Source of the DNA: Geosiphon pyriformis uo1
Lineage: Eukaryota > Fungi > Glomeromycota
Assembly: GCA_016748015.1 (NCBI GenBank)
Contig: JAAOMT010000400.1
Span: 310,001-374,000, forward strand
DNA length: 64,000 nucleotides
Direction of reading: 5' to 3'
Of this stretch, positions 1 through 13,825 are shown piece after piece. Below the pieces are notes generated by a model. The model ran no database searches. It worked only from the letters and a program-made list of their open reading frames with translations, and was not told the origin of the DNA. How positions within the stretch are numbered: position 1 is the first letter of the stretch; every line of letters starts with the position of its first letter. A program made the translations under genes and the position numbers.

Positions 1-3000
1 AGGTATTATCATGCCTTTAAGCTTGCCAAATCTTTGTGAGCCAAGAAGTCGGGCATTAGATCAGCTATTGAGAGAAAGATAGAGAGTTTTGTGGTCAACA
101 AAGACCACACAATCCATAGTGTTTTGGAATGCCCATTCCGCAAAGTGGTGTTAGATCATTTGGTCTCTGATGGCGGCTTGATTTTGGACTCGGTAGAGAT
201 TAAAAATAAGGTTGATAGTATAATAGAGAGCTGGACAAGGAAGAGGGCCATGTTGAAAAGTGTTCCCAATTTGTGGCAGTGTCAATACCTGCCATTGGAT
301 TATGTTGATAATAATGCTTTTTTGGATGTGATGAATGCTATTAATTTGGATGACTTGACATGTGTGATTAAGAATTTGCCAAATGGTAAAGCTGCTGGCT
401 TGTCTGGCATTTCAAATGAACTTTGAAAACATTGTGATAGTTCTGTGCTAGGCTTGCTTTTGGACCTTCTGAACATTTGTTTGGTGTGTAAGTCAATTCC
501 CTATTGTTGGAAGGAAGCTTGGGTGTCAATGATTCCCAAGTCCTATGAGTGAGAAGGTGTTTTAACAAATACTAAACTGATTGCTTTAATTGAGACTGCC
601 CATAAGATTCTTTCTAAGTTGTTGTCTAACAGAATTTCTTTAACATGTAGTCTATTCAACGTACTCCATGGAAACAATTTTTTAGTGCTTAAGGGAACAA
701 CCACTTAGTCTCCTATTTTTGCCATTGGTTCGGTTGTTGAATACACTTTGAAGAAGGATCATGAGCTTTGGCTTGTGCTACAAGATATGCACAAAGCCTA
801 TGACTCTGTAGGTTGGCATTACTTGCATAATAGTTTGGTTTGAATCAAAATGTGTGGGCATTTTATTAGATTTTTTGGTTCAATTCACAATGACCACATT
901 AACTGAGTTATGACTGATTTTGGTCTAATGGATGGCTACTGGGTGCATGATAGTCTTGATCAGAGTGAGGTTTTCTCTCCTTTGCTGTGAAGAATCTTTT
1001 ATGACCCTCTTTTGTGTGAGGTTAAGAGACAAAAAAGTTTGTGTGGTTACCAAATTGATACTAAATTTGTAGCTAAGACTGGCAGAATAGAAAACCAAAG
1101 CAGTTTGACTTTTTTTTTGGCTGCTGGTGTATTCGTGGATGATACCATCTGGATGGAAAGCAGTCAGGCTGCCACTTAGTATATCTTAAACACAGCGAGT
1201 AAATTTTTTAAAATAAACAACATTTCTATCAATAATGAAAAAACTGTAGCCATTCTTATCAATCAGAAGGTTAGTAATACTTCATTGTTAATTAGTGGTC
1301 TGCCAATTTCAATTGCTTGCAGGAAGAAGTCTCATCAATACCTTGGCATTTATTTGTCATCTGAGGAGTTGTCCAAACCGAGCTTGGCTAAGGTGCACAT
1401 GGATGTTAGGTTTTTTGTCAATTTGGTTTTTAAGAAAGCTATTTTGGACAAGCAGTTTCTTTATCTAGTATCAGCTGTGTTGTAACCAATTATCAGTTAC
1501 AGGACTCAGTTTAGCTTTGTCTCTAGGAATGTGTATATAAAGTGGAATACATTGATCAGAAGAAAGTTGAGACTTAAAACTGGTCTTCCAAGAGACTTTC
1601 CCAATGAGGCCCTTTATCATTCTTTTTTGTATGATTTAAGATCTTTTGAGCAGTTGCAAACTGAATGCAAGGTGGCTTCTGTGTTGTGTTTCTTAAACGC
1701 TGATGGTATTCTTGGTCATTTGTTCAATCATAGATTTCTGGATCTTTAAGTCTTGGGTTGGTCACCTATTCACCCTCTACATTGTCTGATTAGGTTACGT
1801 GTCAGTCCAGTCAATAATTTTTTGGCAAAAGTCATTAGAATTTTTTTGGACTGTGGCATGTTTCTTGGCAATTTCTTTGTTTCTGCATTCCAATTTTCTG
1901 GTAGAACACCAATATCTGTAGTCCTAGATGCTTCTTTGTTTTATGATGTCTCTTTGTCTCTCAGAAAGTTTGGGATCACCTTTGCTGAGCAGTTATATAC
2001 CAAAAAGGGTTTAATTTTTAATTGGAAAAGCTTTTGTCATTGGAAAAGACTTGATTCGAGGGGTCCTGTCCCTCATTGGTTCACTTTAATTTGTGACTTT
2101 TTGGATTGATCTTCTACTTCTGATGGTTTGTACATTGAAGGTTCACAAGATATAGATGTTTGCAGTTTGGGTGCAGTTTTCGGATTGAGCCATTGTTTCT
2201 TTTCAGCAAATATGAGGGTAGTCAATGTTTACACTGATGGATCATTGAAAAATTTGAGTTATGTGAAATGAAATATGATGCTGCTGCTTATTTCTTGGAT
2301 TTGCACATGAGTATTGGTGCTAAGATTGGTGGATTGGTGTCTTCGACTATGGCAAAACTGCAGACAATTGCTTTGGCATTAGAGTGTGTTCCTCCTGACA
2401 GTTCTGTGGTGGTTTATTCAGACAGTCAGGCTGTATTGGATGCATGTGTGGCTGAATCTGCTCTGGTGTCTCTGGATTTCTGTAACTGTTGTTGGATGGA
2501 ATGACATGGCATTGTCAATTTAATTAGAGAAAAGTGGCTTGTTGTTTCTTGGCATAAGGTAAAAGGACATTTAGGTGTTGTAGGTAATGAGTGTGCTGAT
2601 AAGTTGGCTGGTCTAACTGTGAACTCTTCTTTGGTGCTTTCTGTTTTAGTTAAAGAAAAATTTATCATGGCTACCAGGAAGGCAGTGTCTGAGAACGTTC
2701 ATTATTTTGCTCATGAGATTTTTAGGTCTATTAATCAGGTCTGCTGGGAGGTTAGTCCTGGTTTCAACATTGTTGATGACAGTTTGCTTGGTAATGTGAA
2801 CTGGTTTTGTACTGCTTCAGTGTGGCATCTTGACTTCCATATGGCAGCCAGCTTTACCAGTAAATCTACGGCTGGTTTGCGCTCTTATTTTTTAAAGGCT
2901 TTCTACTGTTGTCTCCCAGTTGCTGTGTGAAAACATCTGTATAGTAAAGTCTACCCGAGTGTCTCATGTCTGCATTGTGATAAGATGGAAAGTTCCAACC

Positions 3001-3509
3001 ATTTTTTTGTTTGCACATTTGATTCTGATGCTCATAAGAGCATTCTCAAGTCTCATCTGGCTAAGTGGCAAAGTGTTTCTGGATTGGACTTGCGTGTGTC
3101 TTATGTTTTACAAGTGCTCTCTCTGTACACATCTGATGATGTGTTGTATACTACTGTGGGCAAAGATTTTGTGTTTAGGGATTGGGTTTAGAAAGCTTCA
3201 TCTATTCTAGGTCATACCAAGGTTGTGGGAAAGTTTATTGTTGATTTTGTTTGTGAATTGGGTGCTGCTCACTGCTTGAATATTTGGGTGGTTAGAGTTA
3301 AATATAGGGCTTTGATGGAAAAAGGTGGTTTAATTCCACTTGATCATTCTGTGTATCCTGTAACTCATGGTTTGTTATGCATGTTTTCTGCTGGGGTGAT
3401 TAGGTTGCTTGGAATTTCCAAGGCAGTTGGTGTCTGTTTTGGTTTTTATAAACATAGCTGCTTTTTTTTTGGTATAAATGGTATGGTTTCTGTTCTGATA
3501 GATTCATAG
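1..3509 (+). pseudogene. LINE ORF2 (reverse transcriptase, RNase H, CCHC zinc motif), with multiple stops and frameshifts
   Basis: ORF fragments 91-426, 1285-1485, 1531-1749, 1753-2109, 2268-2504, 2604-2930, 2985-3191 and 3225-3509 are collinear pieces of one polyprotein. Many breaks look like TGG>TGA, CAA>TAA or CGA>TGA changes. Confidence 0.9.
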
Positions 3510-3647
3510 TGTTGCTCTGATTGGTCTGAGTGACTGGTCATGTATAGAAAGTGCATGATTAGTGCTTAGTTTAGATTGCTTAGTTTAATATATTGCACTA
3601 GGTGGCTTTTGGGCCTCATTCATTAAACGTTAATAATAATAAAAAAA
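1..3647 (+). mobile_element. Non-LTR (LINE) retrotransposon, 3' portion (5' part lies upstream of the window), decayed
   Basis: RT motifs GKAAGLSGISNEL, LQDMHKAYDSV and FVDD (1132-1143). RNase H motifs VYTDGSL (2221-2247), VYSDSQA and KVKGHLGVVGNECADKLA. C-terminal CLHC-x7-H-x3-C (2967-3014), stop at 3509, short 3' UTR, then a TAA/poly-A tail at 3631-3647. Confidence 0.93.
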
Positions 3648-4126
3648 TTTTTACAATTTTTTTAAGTTATTTTGGTATTTTTAAAATTTTTGGCATTTTT
3701 GTTAGTATTTTTGAAATTTTTAAAATTTCTAAAATTTTTAATATTATATGTTTTGATACTTTTTTATTCTGTTTTTAATTATTTATATTATTATTATTTT
3801 TTATTTTTCTATATAAGTAATATTATTAAAAATATGTGGTGTTCAAAAATCCAATTTTAAAAGTAAAAATAAAAAAATTATTAAAAGATTTATAAAAAAA
3901 ATATAACTAAATATTTAATTAATTAAAATATTATTTTTAAGATTATATTTTTAACAATATAATATTTTTTATTATTTTATTACTTTATTAATATTATAAT
4001 AAAAACAAAAAACTAATAATTTATTTAGTAAAATAAGATATAATATAAAATATTAATAATATGTGTTTAAAAATCAAAAAATAATAGAAAATTTAAAATA
4101 CTAATAAGAAATATTTTGAGCTTTAA

Positions 4127-4153
4127 ATATATATATATATATATATATATATA
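4127..4153. repeat. (AT)n microsatellite inside an extremely AT-rich tract (3648-4593)
   Basis: Perfect alternating AT run read directly from the sequence. Confidence 0.9.
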
Positions 4154-4593
4154 ATAATTAACTGTTTATTATAAAATTATAAAAAAAAATTGGCTTATGA
4201 TAAAACTAATACTTTTTTTAACTTATAAAAAAGCTGTATATATAATTAAATTACATAAAATTTATATATTATATTAAAATTATTTTAAATATATTAATTA
4301 TTTATATATATTAAATTAATTAATTCGATTATAAGCTTATTTAACATATTATTTTTTTAGAAACTAATAATTTAAATAATTAGATTTTAATAACTAAATT
4401 TAAAACTATAATTATATATTATTAATATTAATTATAATTATGATTAATATAAATAAATATAGATTAATTAATTATATTTTTTGATATCTATTTTTAAATA
4501 ATAATTACAAATCTGAAATATTAAATTATATAAATAAGAACATATAAGAATTATAAAATATAATAAAATCTGTTATTATTAAATTATATATGT

Positions 4594-5519
4594 TGTTACA
4601 AATAATTATTTAAGGTGTTGGAACAAATAACAAACTTGTAACTTGGTGTTTAATAGTTGGTAATGTTGGTAATTTTTAAAAGTTTTGAAGTCTAAAGATT
4701 TTGGTTAAGTTTTTTATATAATAGACAAAGATTTAATTAATAATTTTTTCCATAAATTTTTTTTTTCAGCATAATAGCTGGTTTATTTTAATAGTTGTAT
4801 TCTTCTGATAAGCTATTCTTAAATTTTTACTTTTATTCCTAAGTTTTTTATCAGACTATTTTTGATATCAAATACTTAATACTTAATTTCTTTAATCAAT
4901 TAGTAAACAACAAAGAAATAAAACAAAATAAATAAATAAAAATAAATAAAAAATAAGAAAAAAAATAAAAAATTAATATTTTATCAATAATTATAATCAA
5001 GAGTTATTAATTTAATATAGTTAAGTATTAAATTCTATTAATATTGAGTATTAATAATATAAAATTGAGTAATATTTCTTAATTAAGTAATAGTAATATG
5101 GATTTCAGATGATAATTAATATTTTATTAATATGTAAGTTAATTCTATTTTAAGTTGTAGAAAACTACCTTTTAAAGAAAAAGATATTGAATAATTAATG
5201 AATTTTATTAATTTTGTCTGTATTGATTCTGTTTTTTCTGTTTCTAACATTTTTGCTATATATACATAATTTTTGTTATATAAAATCTCATCTTTTTTTA
5301 AGCAATATGCCCTATTTTCTTTGATAATATGCTTATTGCTAAGCAATATATTATAATTTTCTAACAATGTGTTCATTGTTAAGCAGTATGTTATAATTTA
5401 CTAACAATATGTCATAATTTTCTGACATTATATTTATTTACTAAGTATTATTCTTCTATTGATCTATTTTTCTATCTGTTTTTCTTACTTTCTTTTTTGT
5501 ACTTTTTCTATGAATAACA
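4594..5519 (-). mobile_element. Solo LTR (B/D/G-type), heavily decayed
   Basis: TGTTA...TAACA termini. Homologous to the LTR at 58318-59121 and to the reverse complement of 38756-39585. Flanked by 4-bp TSD ATGT (4590-4593 and 5520-5523). Confidence 0.85.
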
Positions 5520-5776
5520 ATGTTAATTCTTAATTTTTATTGGTGTTTCTTAATTTGTTAGATTTTTTGTATCTATTTTAACTAAATAACTAGATTGTAT
5601 TATGTTTTTTTGTTATTATTAAACTAATTATTAATCTTTTATTTTTTATTTATTAACTAATTTTATTAATTAAATATAATAATATAGGCTTTTTTTATAT
5701 AATTTTAATGATAATTTTTATAGTATATATTGTAATTTTTGTATTAAAAACCATAAAAATTTACTAATAATATTAA

Positions 5777-5940
5777 TTTTTATTTTTTTTATTTTTATTT
5801 TTTATTATTATTTAATAAGTAAGATTTAAATACTATTTAGTACAATACATTAAACCAAGTAATCTAAACTAAGCACAAATTATGCATTTTTTATACATAA
5901 CCAGCCATGTGAATCAGTTAAAGTAATACTATAAATTTAT
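5777..5940 (-). mobile_element. Severely 5'-truncated LINE copy (3' UTR plus A-rich tail only)
   Basis: The reverse complement (…GTGCTTAGTTTAGATTACTTGGTTTAATGTATTGTACTA…TAATAATAAAAAA) aligns with the LINE 3' end at about 3497-3647. Differences are mostly C>T/G>A. Confidence 0.82.
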
Positions 5941-5952
5941 TTTTATAGATAT

Positions 5953-6823
5953 TTTTATTCATAAAATATAAAAATTATATATTAGTACATAAATTAGCCA
6001 ATCAGAATAGACATAGTAAAAGTGAAATTTTAGGATTCTTTTTAGAGAAATTGCAGGATTTCAAAATTACAGGATTTTCATATAAAGAATTACAGAATTC
6101 AAGAATTTCTGAATTTCTGGCTAGAAAATTGAGAAATTCAAAAAATCTCATATAATAAAATTTATATATATATAATGATAGTATTAAAAGCAAAAAAAAG
6201 AATTCTTAATTAGAATCTCCAGTTTCAATTCCATATTTATTCTTTTATATAATAATATTTTATGACTTGAAATAAGAACATCAAATATTAATAAAAATAT
6301 TTATTACTATTACAATCTATTTTTTGCTATTAACAATTTATGTTAATAATTGCTAATACTTAACTATACTAGACCAATAGTTCTTAATCATGGCTATTAA
6401 CAGGATATTAATTCTTATTTTCTTTTTTTTTTTTTTTATTTTCACTTATTTTTTTTATTTCTTTGTTGTTTGTTGATTTACTAACTGATTAAAAAAATTA
6501 AGCACTAAGTAATTAATATCAAAAATAGCTTAGTAAAAGACTCCAAAAAAAGAGTATAGAGTTTAAAAAATTTATAAATAAGCTTACCAAAAGAGCACAA
6601 CTGCCAGAATAAACTAGCCATCATGCTAAAAAAAAAAATTTGTCAAAATTGCAATTCTGGAAGGCTATTAACACAACCAGTAAATTTCTGTTCATTATAC
6701 AAAGAACTCAATTAAAATCTTCAAATTACAAAAATCTTTAGATATTACTAATTATATCACTTATTAAGCACCAAGTTATGGGTTTTTTATTTGTTTTCAG
6801 ACCCCAAATAAACATCTGTAATA
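5953..6823 (+). repeat. 5' LTR of B1 (U3 with GAAATT(G/T)CAGGATT-type tandem repeats)
   Basis: Homologous to the reverse complement of LTR 62041-62897. Ends TGTAATA and is followed by TT-TGG (PBS). The left end is decayed, so it is approximate. Confidence 0.8.
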
Positions 6824-6825
6824 TT

Positions 6826-6840
6826 TGGTGCTCTCTGTAA
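6826..6840 (+). promoter_or_regulatory. Primer-binding site of B1 (TGGTGCTCTCTGTAA)
   Basis: TGG start 2 nt after the LTR end, complementary to a tRNA 3' CCA end. Confidence 0.75.
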
Positions 6841-6887
6841 AATATAATCTAACAGAAAACTAACACCAACAACAATCATTCAAAACA

Positions 6888-9800
6888 GTAACAAAATCAG
6901 AAAAAATAGAACAAACCACTTGGGATTTGTGAAATTCTTATTTCAATATTACAAAAATTATTTTGGATTAACAGATAACAGTTGGCTAATGGAATTAGCT
7001 TTCAATTATTACATTAATAAAAAAATTACATATTATTTGAGAGATCAAGAAGATCCAAAATCTATTTTTAATAATTTTTTTAGTGAACTATTCCAATACA
7101 TCACACTTCCACAAAACTATTTATTTACATCTCTAATTATAGAAATAAACAGAAAAATTAAAAAATACACTAAACAAAGATTTTTTATCACTTTTGTTAA
7201 CAAAAGAAAAAGAAGATTGCAAACACCAACAAAAACTCCAAAGCAAATACAACCACCTATTTAGAAAAAACCAAGAGTTGAATTATCCATATACTTATTA
7301 TACCATTACATACCTGAAAGTACTATTAACATAATATCAGCAGATACATCCACATTAAACACAAAAACACTATTAGCCAGAATTTTGTTCTAAAGTAAAC
7401 AAAAAAAAACTAAACTATTGAGAACCTACAGTAATTATTTCGAGAGATTTAATTCATGATTAATAACACTATTAGAACTTTAATTATCACTATTATTACC
7501 AGATTTTGGAGCTACCAGTTCATAAAAAATAACAATTAAAAAAGTAATATTTCAAACCTGATCTTAAAAAACCTGGAAATTCAAACTTTAATTGTTTAAA
7601 TCCAGCAAAACCTAAACAATTCAAACTCTGCTCCTATTGTTCCACAAAACCTATCTCTAGTAATTATAATAAACTCACCAGTTGCTCTAATCACTAAACA
7701 ACAACAACAGCCACAACTACTACTTTAATAATCACAACTATTGCCACTAGTACCGATGATCTATGCTCCAATCACAAAACTCAAAAAATTTATTGATGAA
7801 GAAGATAATGTTCAAGTATGACTCAATAATGTAAAAAAAGCCATTGCAGCCAATGGATGGAATAACATTTGAGCATTATAGGCAATTTTATACTTTCTCC
7901 AAGATATTACCAACTTGTAGTATTAAAGCTTGGCCCAAAAACCCCAAAATTTCAATATATTCAAAGTTGAATTTTTGAGATATTTTAATAATAATAATAG
8001 TATCAATTAACTAGCAAATACATTTACAACTATTAAACAAGGAGATACTGAAACAGTCATTACTTACCTAGAATGCTTTTATAAAAATCTATGCCAAATA
8101 CAAGCAATTAACACAAATTACTTTACAGTACCACAGATTTTGAATCAGTTTATCTGTAGGCTACACAGTAATATTCTCTAATGCATATGTCCAATGTATT
8201 CACAAACTTTTCAAGATGCAGTTACTTATGCTTGAGATTTCAAATCAACTAAACTGGAAGCTAACTATGCTCAAACTGTTAGTCTAGTAATAAATGAATC
8301 ATTTAAATTGAACTCCAAGTTAAAACAATTCAGTGATTTCATTAATCAGAAATTAAAGAAATACTTAACTAACAATCAGACAATTTATCAACTATTACAA
8401 TGTTGCAATAACCCAAAAAACCAAAATAGTCTCTAAAATCAACCACATTTATTATTATTATCTATTAATCAACAGTGGTAACAAGAAACACATAGTTGTC
8501 ATTATTGTGATAAACAAGGACATTTGCAATTTAAATATCACAAATGGTTAAGTAATCAACAATTGAAAAATCAGTATTGAAACTCCAATCATCAATTTCA
8601 AACTCAAAATTATGTTAGTAATCAATCATTTAAACAATATTAACATCAACTGTATTATGCTTAAATAATGTAGCCAATTTATTAACTACCTATTTATTAG
8701 TCACCAACACTAATAATTTATCAACTATCTCAGCCCAAATTATTTATTAGTCCTAATCAAATCAAAATCAGTTGTAAAACTTACCTCAAAATAGAAACCA
8801 AAGACCAAAAACTACTTAGATCTATCAGAATTGGCAATCAGTAATGGTAATACACCAACTGATTTTTAGTTTAGCCACCTAGCAAACAGGATCTCAACAG
8901 CAAAATTTGGAAACTAGCTATATATAAAATCCAACCACTCAACACTATTTAAGTCTCTTAGTATTTCCAGAAACAACCACACCTAATTTATTGAAATCCA
9001 ATCAAACTCAACTACCTCTCAACAATATTCTACTAGCAACAATTACTAAAGATGAATTATTTACCACTATATTCTTTTTTAAATTTGAGGAAACAGTTGA
9101 AATACTCTTATTTAATAGAGCCACTCTTAAATCAAAACTCATCACTACAATGTATATCAATACCAAAGTTAATGGTCAGTTCATCAAATTAATCTTAGAC
9201 AATAGATTAGTCAGCAGTATTATCACATGACAACTCATGCACTAATTAGATTACTAAGTTGAATACACTACCAATACTAAAATTATTACAGCCAATGAAG
9301 CAATAAAAACACCTATTGGTAAGATTTACAACTTTTTTTTTGAAGTTAATGACATTATCATACTTATCAAAATATTGGTAATAGAAGCCATATAGTACTA
9401 AGTTCTAGTTGATAATGACTGGCTGTTTAAAACCAATGTTATACTTAACTAAACCATTCAAAAATTGCAACTCAGCCAAAATGATCAACATACTTGAGTA
9501 CCAACCACTTGTAGTCATTTCAAATCCAACACCACATTGGCACTATGTATTGAATTTAAGAAAAAAGAGAGAAAACCTACTTAAGAAGTTTACCAAGTCT
9601 CATGGGCTAATATTGATCACAATAAGCTATTACTAATACTCTTGTGGAATGACAAGAGAAAAAAGAAAAAAAAAACAAGCTCTAAGAAAACAATACCTCT
9701 ACCAAAACCACCAGTGACTGAGAAAAATTCTACTCAATCAACACCAGATCCAAACCATTATATATTCCACTTAAATATAAAGACTGCAAAAAAAAATTGT

Positions 9801-12800
9801 TTTTTATGGAAGCCTGGATCTTATCTGATGAAGATTACTGGACCAAAACCTATTATTACTGCAAGCTGTACTATAGAAAACACTATGGCTATCCAAAAAA
9901 ACAAGGCAAATAGGACAACAAATTATGTCTTGCTTATAGAGAATAGTTATTTGATAAAGAAATATAGAATGACATTCCTAGATGAAGAGAAATGTGTGAT
10001 GCTTCATGCCAGTACATGATCCTTATAAATGATTGGATGAATTACAAGACACTCATCAATACAGTCTAACATTGAGCAATTTTTTACTTGAATGGTTATT
10101 CACACGATAAAAACAAAATCTGGAAAATAACAAATGCCAAAATAGAAGGTGCTTTACCCAGTAAGATTCTTGAAATAAAAATAACCCACTAGAACCAGTT
10201 GATATTATTCTTATCCTCAATCCTGATGTATTTCTTGAAATTGAAACAGGCCCAAAAAAATTCTACAAACATTACCAAAACTTAGCATTTATCAAACAAA
10301 AGCAAAAACAGTATTTAAAACAGCTAAATACTTAACTTTGTCAATACTGTTTAATTCTTTGTAACTTTCAATATTGTAATAATTGTGATCTTATTTACAA
10401 TTTACCACCATACATAATTTATATAATTCCAAAAGAAAAAGAACCAATCAACAGCTGCAAAATGAAATTGGAATTACCATTTAATTGCAATTTAAACTTT
10501 AACAAAGATGATAATAACAATAGTTCTAGCTTCATTTAAAATAACAATAACAACAGCAATAATTCAAACTCCAATTTAAACCCAAAACAATATATTGTGC
10601 TTCTTAATTTTTTCAAGAAGCAGAAACCAAAATGGTTTAGTGATAATAATAAAGGTATTAAATCAGAATGAGCACATAATACTGATACAAAGTTTGATTT
10701 AAGATATTCAAGAAAAGATGTTATCAAATTAAAACTATATTTATGTACCTATATAGATTTAAAATTAATACTGGAAATTTTAACAACTATGATCCAATTA
10801 GTCTTGAAATTTAATCTAGTGAAACAAAAAATCAACATCAAAGAAGAAATAATTAATGCAGAATATATAGAAAATATTATTATAATACTACAAAATAACT
10901 TGAAAAAAGAATATATTATTGAACTAAATGAAAAAATAGCACAGACAATATTTCTATTTTTGATGAAAATAGCTCAGTTAATATTAGTAAGAACAAGAGA
11001 AAAACTAAGAATAACTGCAAAAAAAATAAATGGATTTGAATTTATGGATAAAATAAACATACCAGTTAATATGATAAAAAAAAAACTAATTAACAAAGAA
11101 GAAATTATTTCTACCAGTCAATCAATTTCTATTCTATTATATAACTAGTATTTAGTAGTTATAGAAAGGAAAGTGAGAGATCAACCCCAAATTTTTGAAG
11201 TAGAAGTCACTATTTGTAAATTAGGAGAGATTATCACTACCAATCTTTATATATCATTGTTACAGGTAATTATTTGGATAGTTGGGATAAATAACAAATT
11301 CATAACTTAGTGCTCAATAGCTAATATAATAATGTTGTATCTAAAAGTTTTGGTTGTTTGAAGATTTAGGTTGTCTAAAAATTTAGGTTGAGTTTTTTGT
11401 ATAATAAACAGAGATTTCTGTATTATTTTATCTGTAGCTTTCTGAAATTACAATTCTGTCAATTTTTTTCTTAGCTTGATGGCTGGCAATCCTCTAGTAA
11501 GCAATCCGTAATTTTTACACATTTTATCCACTCACAGGAGTTTTTTACTAGGCAATTCTTAATGTTAATAACTCAGTGCTTAATCTTTAATCAATTAGTC
11601 AACAACAAGAAATAACAAAATAAAAGAAAATAAAAGAAAAGAAAAAAATAAGCCAAGGCAATAAATGTTAATATTCTGTCAATAGTCGTGATCAAAAGCT
11701 ATTGTTCCTATATGATTAAATATCAATTACTATCAACATTTAGAGTTGATAGTGAGCAATTAGATTTGAGATATTGAATAAGTATATTTATTGATATTTT
11801 AGAATGATATGTTTTTAACTAGAAATAATAACTAATGAATTTCTGTCTGAGGATTTTCTCTTTTTTGCTTCTATTGCTACTGCTATATATACATATTTTC
11901 TAGTTTTACAGAATTGCTTTGGATTGTCTATTTTTGCTAGCTATTGCTTCGTTTTCTTATATTATAACTAATTATTTTATGTTATAACATGTTATCTAAC
12001 ATTATTACATATTATTCTGTATTATTCTGTATTATAACACATTATTCTATATTATAACGTGTTATCTAACATTATTGTAGATTATTTTGTGTTTTTTTAT
12101 GTTTCATTATATTTTTTAGGTCATGTTTTTCTTTTTTTCTTTAATAGACTTTTTTTCTTCAAATAACACCACTTAAAAATAACAAGCACATTAAAATTCT
12201 CATTTACAACATGATGGGAGACATCATTGAAATACTAAAGAAAACTACTATCAAATACTTAAACACTGAAATTGAAGACCAATCACCAAGCACCATTCCA
12301 GATTTTCTACAACTGTGTAGATATGTGGATATCATATTATAAGCAATATATAAATGAGAAAAATATTACTTGTTCCAACCAAAATAATTAGAACAAATGA
12401 ACTTGGGAAATTTAGACTTACTTCAATGTATACAACTCAAGATACTACTTAACAATTTCACTAATATCTTTGCCAGTGAAAATGAATTTCCAGAATTGAC
12501 ATTATCCAACATCAAATTAAAACTGGAGATACAATGTCAATTAAACAAAAAGCATACAGAGTACTATTAGCAAGCCATAAGATCATCCAACAAAAAATCA
12601 ACAGAATATTAGACAATAAATTAATTTAATTATCAATAAGTCTATAATCATCACTAGTGATACTAGTTTGGAAAAAAAATAGAAAGATCTGTTTTTGTGT
12701 AGATTACAGAAAACTCAACAGTGTAACTCATGAAAACAGCTATCTAATTTCGCAAATCCAAGAATTATTTGATGTATTTGGAGAAAAGAAATAATTCTCA

Positions 12801-13795
12801 ACACTGAATTTAAATAGTGGTTACTAACAAGTAGTCATGAATTCAGCCAACAAAGAAAAGATTGTATTCACCACCAAAAAGAGAAACTTTGAGTTTGAAA
12901 TAATACCATTTGGCTTAACCAATGCTCCAGCCACTTTCCAATGGCTAATAAAAATTGTTTACACTAGACTACTATGAAAATCAGTAGTTATGTATTTGGA
13001 TAACACTAATGTGTTCTTAAAAACATTTGATAATCATTTTCATTATTTACAGTAAGTGTTTGAAAAACTAAGACAAACAAAGCTAAAGTTAAATGCCACT
13101 AAATGCTTTTTTGGTAAAACAGAACTGAAATTTTTGAGATATGTCATAAGCAAAAATAACATCAAAACAAATCCAGATAAAATTAAGATAATAAAAAACT
13201 TTTTAGTATCAACAAATTTGATAGAACTATGAGCATTCTTGGAATTTGTTGAATATTACCACTGCTTTATTCAGAATTTTTCCAAACTGGTTCAACCACT
13301 TAACTAGCTCCAAACCAAAAATGTGAAATATAAATGGACAAAAACTTAGCAAGAAGCTTTTGATATACTAAGAAGAAAGCTTATCTAAGTTTTAATACTG
13401 ATCTATTCAAATTATACCAAGTCATTTATAATCATTACTGATACATTTGGTTAAGCATTGTGAGCCATACTATTTCAAAGAAGACCAGATGATAAGAATA
13501 TTCAGTAGTATACACCAGCTAAAGTTTGAGTTTAGCTAAAAAGAACTATGGAATGTTAACACTAAAACACTTAGCTATCTATTGGGCAGTCATCAAATAG
13601 AAAGAGTATTTAAGCCAAAAGTTTGATATATATACTGATCACAAAGAATTGACATCAATCCAGAAGTAAAAATTTGAAGATAATTGTCATATTAAATAGA
13701 AAATAGAACTTTTATCATTCAAATATACAGTACATTATAAAAAGAGAAAAAAAAATGAAAATGTTAACAGTTTGTCATGAATAAAACAAATCTAA
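6888..13795 (+). pseudogene. gag-pol: B1 gag-PR-Cys-dUTPase-RT-RNaseH polyprotein, heavily decayed
   Basis: ORF fragments 6920-7264 (N-domain), 8991-9230 (protease) and 10789-11148 (dUTPase remnant KIAQTIF). RT remnant FCVDYRKLN near 12690 and YLDN near 12992. Confidence 0.82.
11258..12168 (-). mobile_element. Solo LTR inserted in B1 pol
   Basis: TGTTACAGG…TAACA termini, with R/U5 homologous to B/D/G LTRs. Flanks TCAT and CCAC fit a CCAC TSD with two C>T changes. The host reading (NLYI…KNNKHIKI) rejoins across it. Confidence 0.85.
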
Positions 13796-13825
13796 AAACA
13801 TTTTAACTCTAAAATATAACAAAAA

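Noticed and set aside
3672-6193. Short ORFs 3672-3860, 5116-5376 and 6002-6193
   Set aside because: Low-complexity chance ORFs in AT-rich DNA or LTR repeats, with no motifs.
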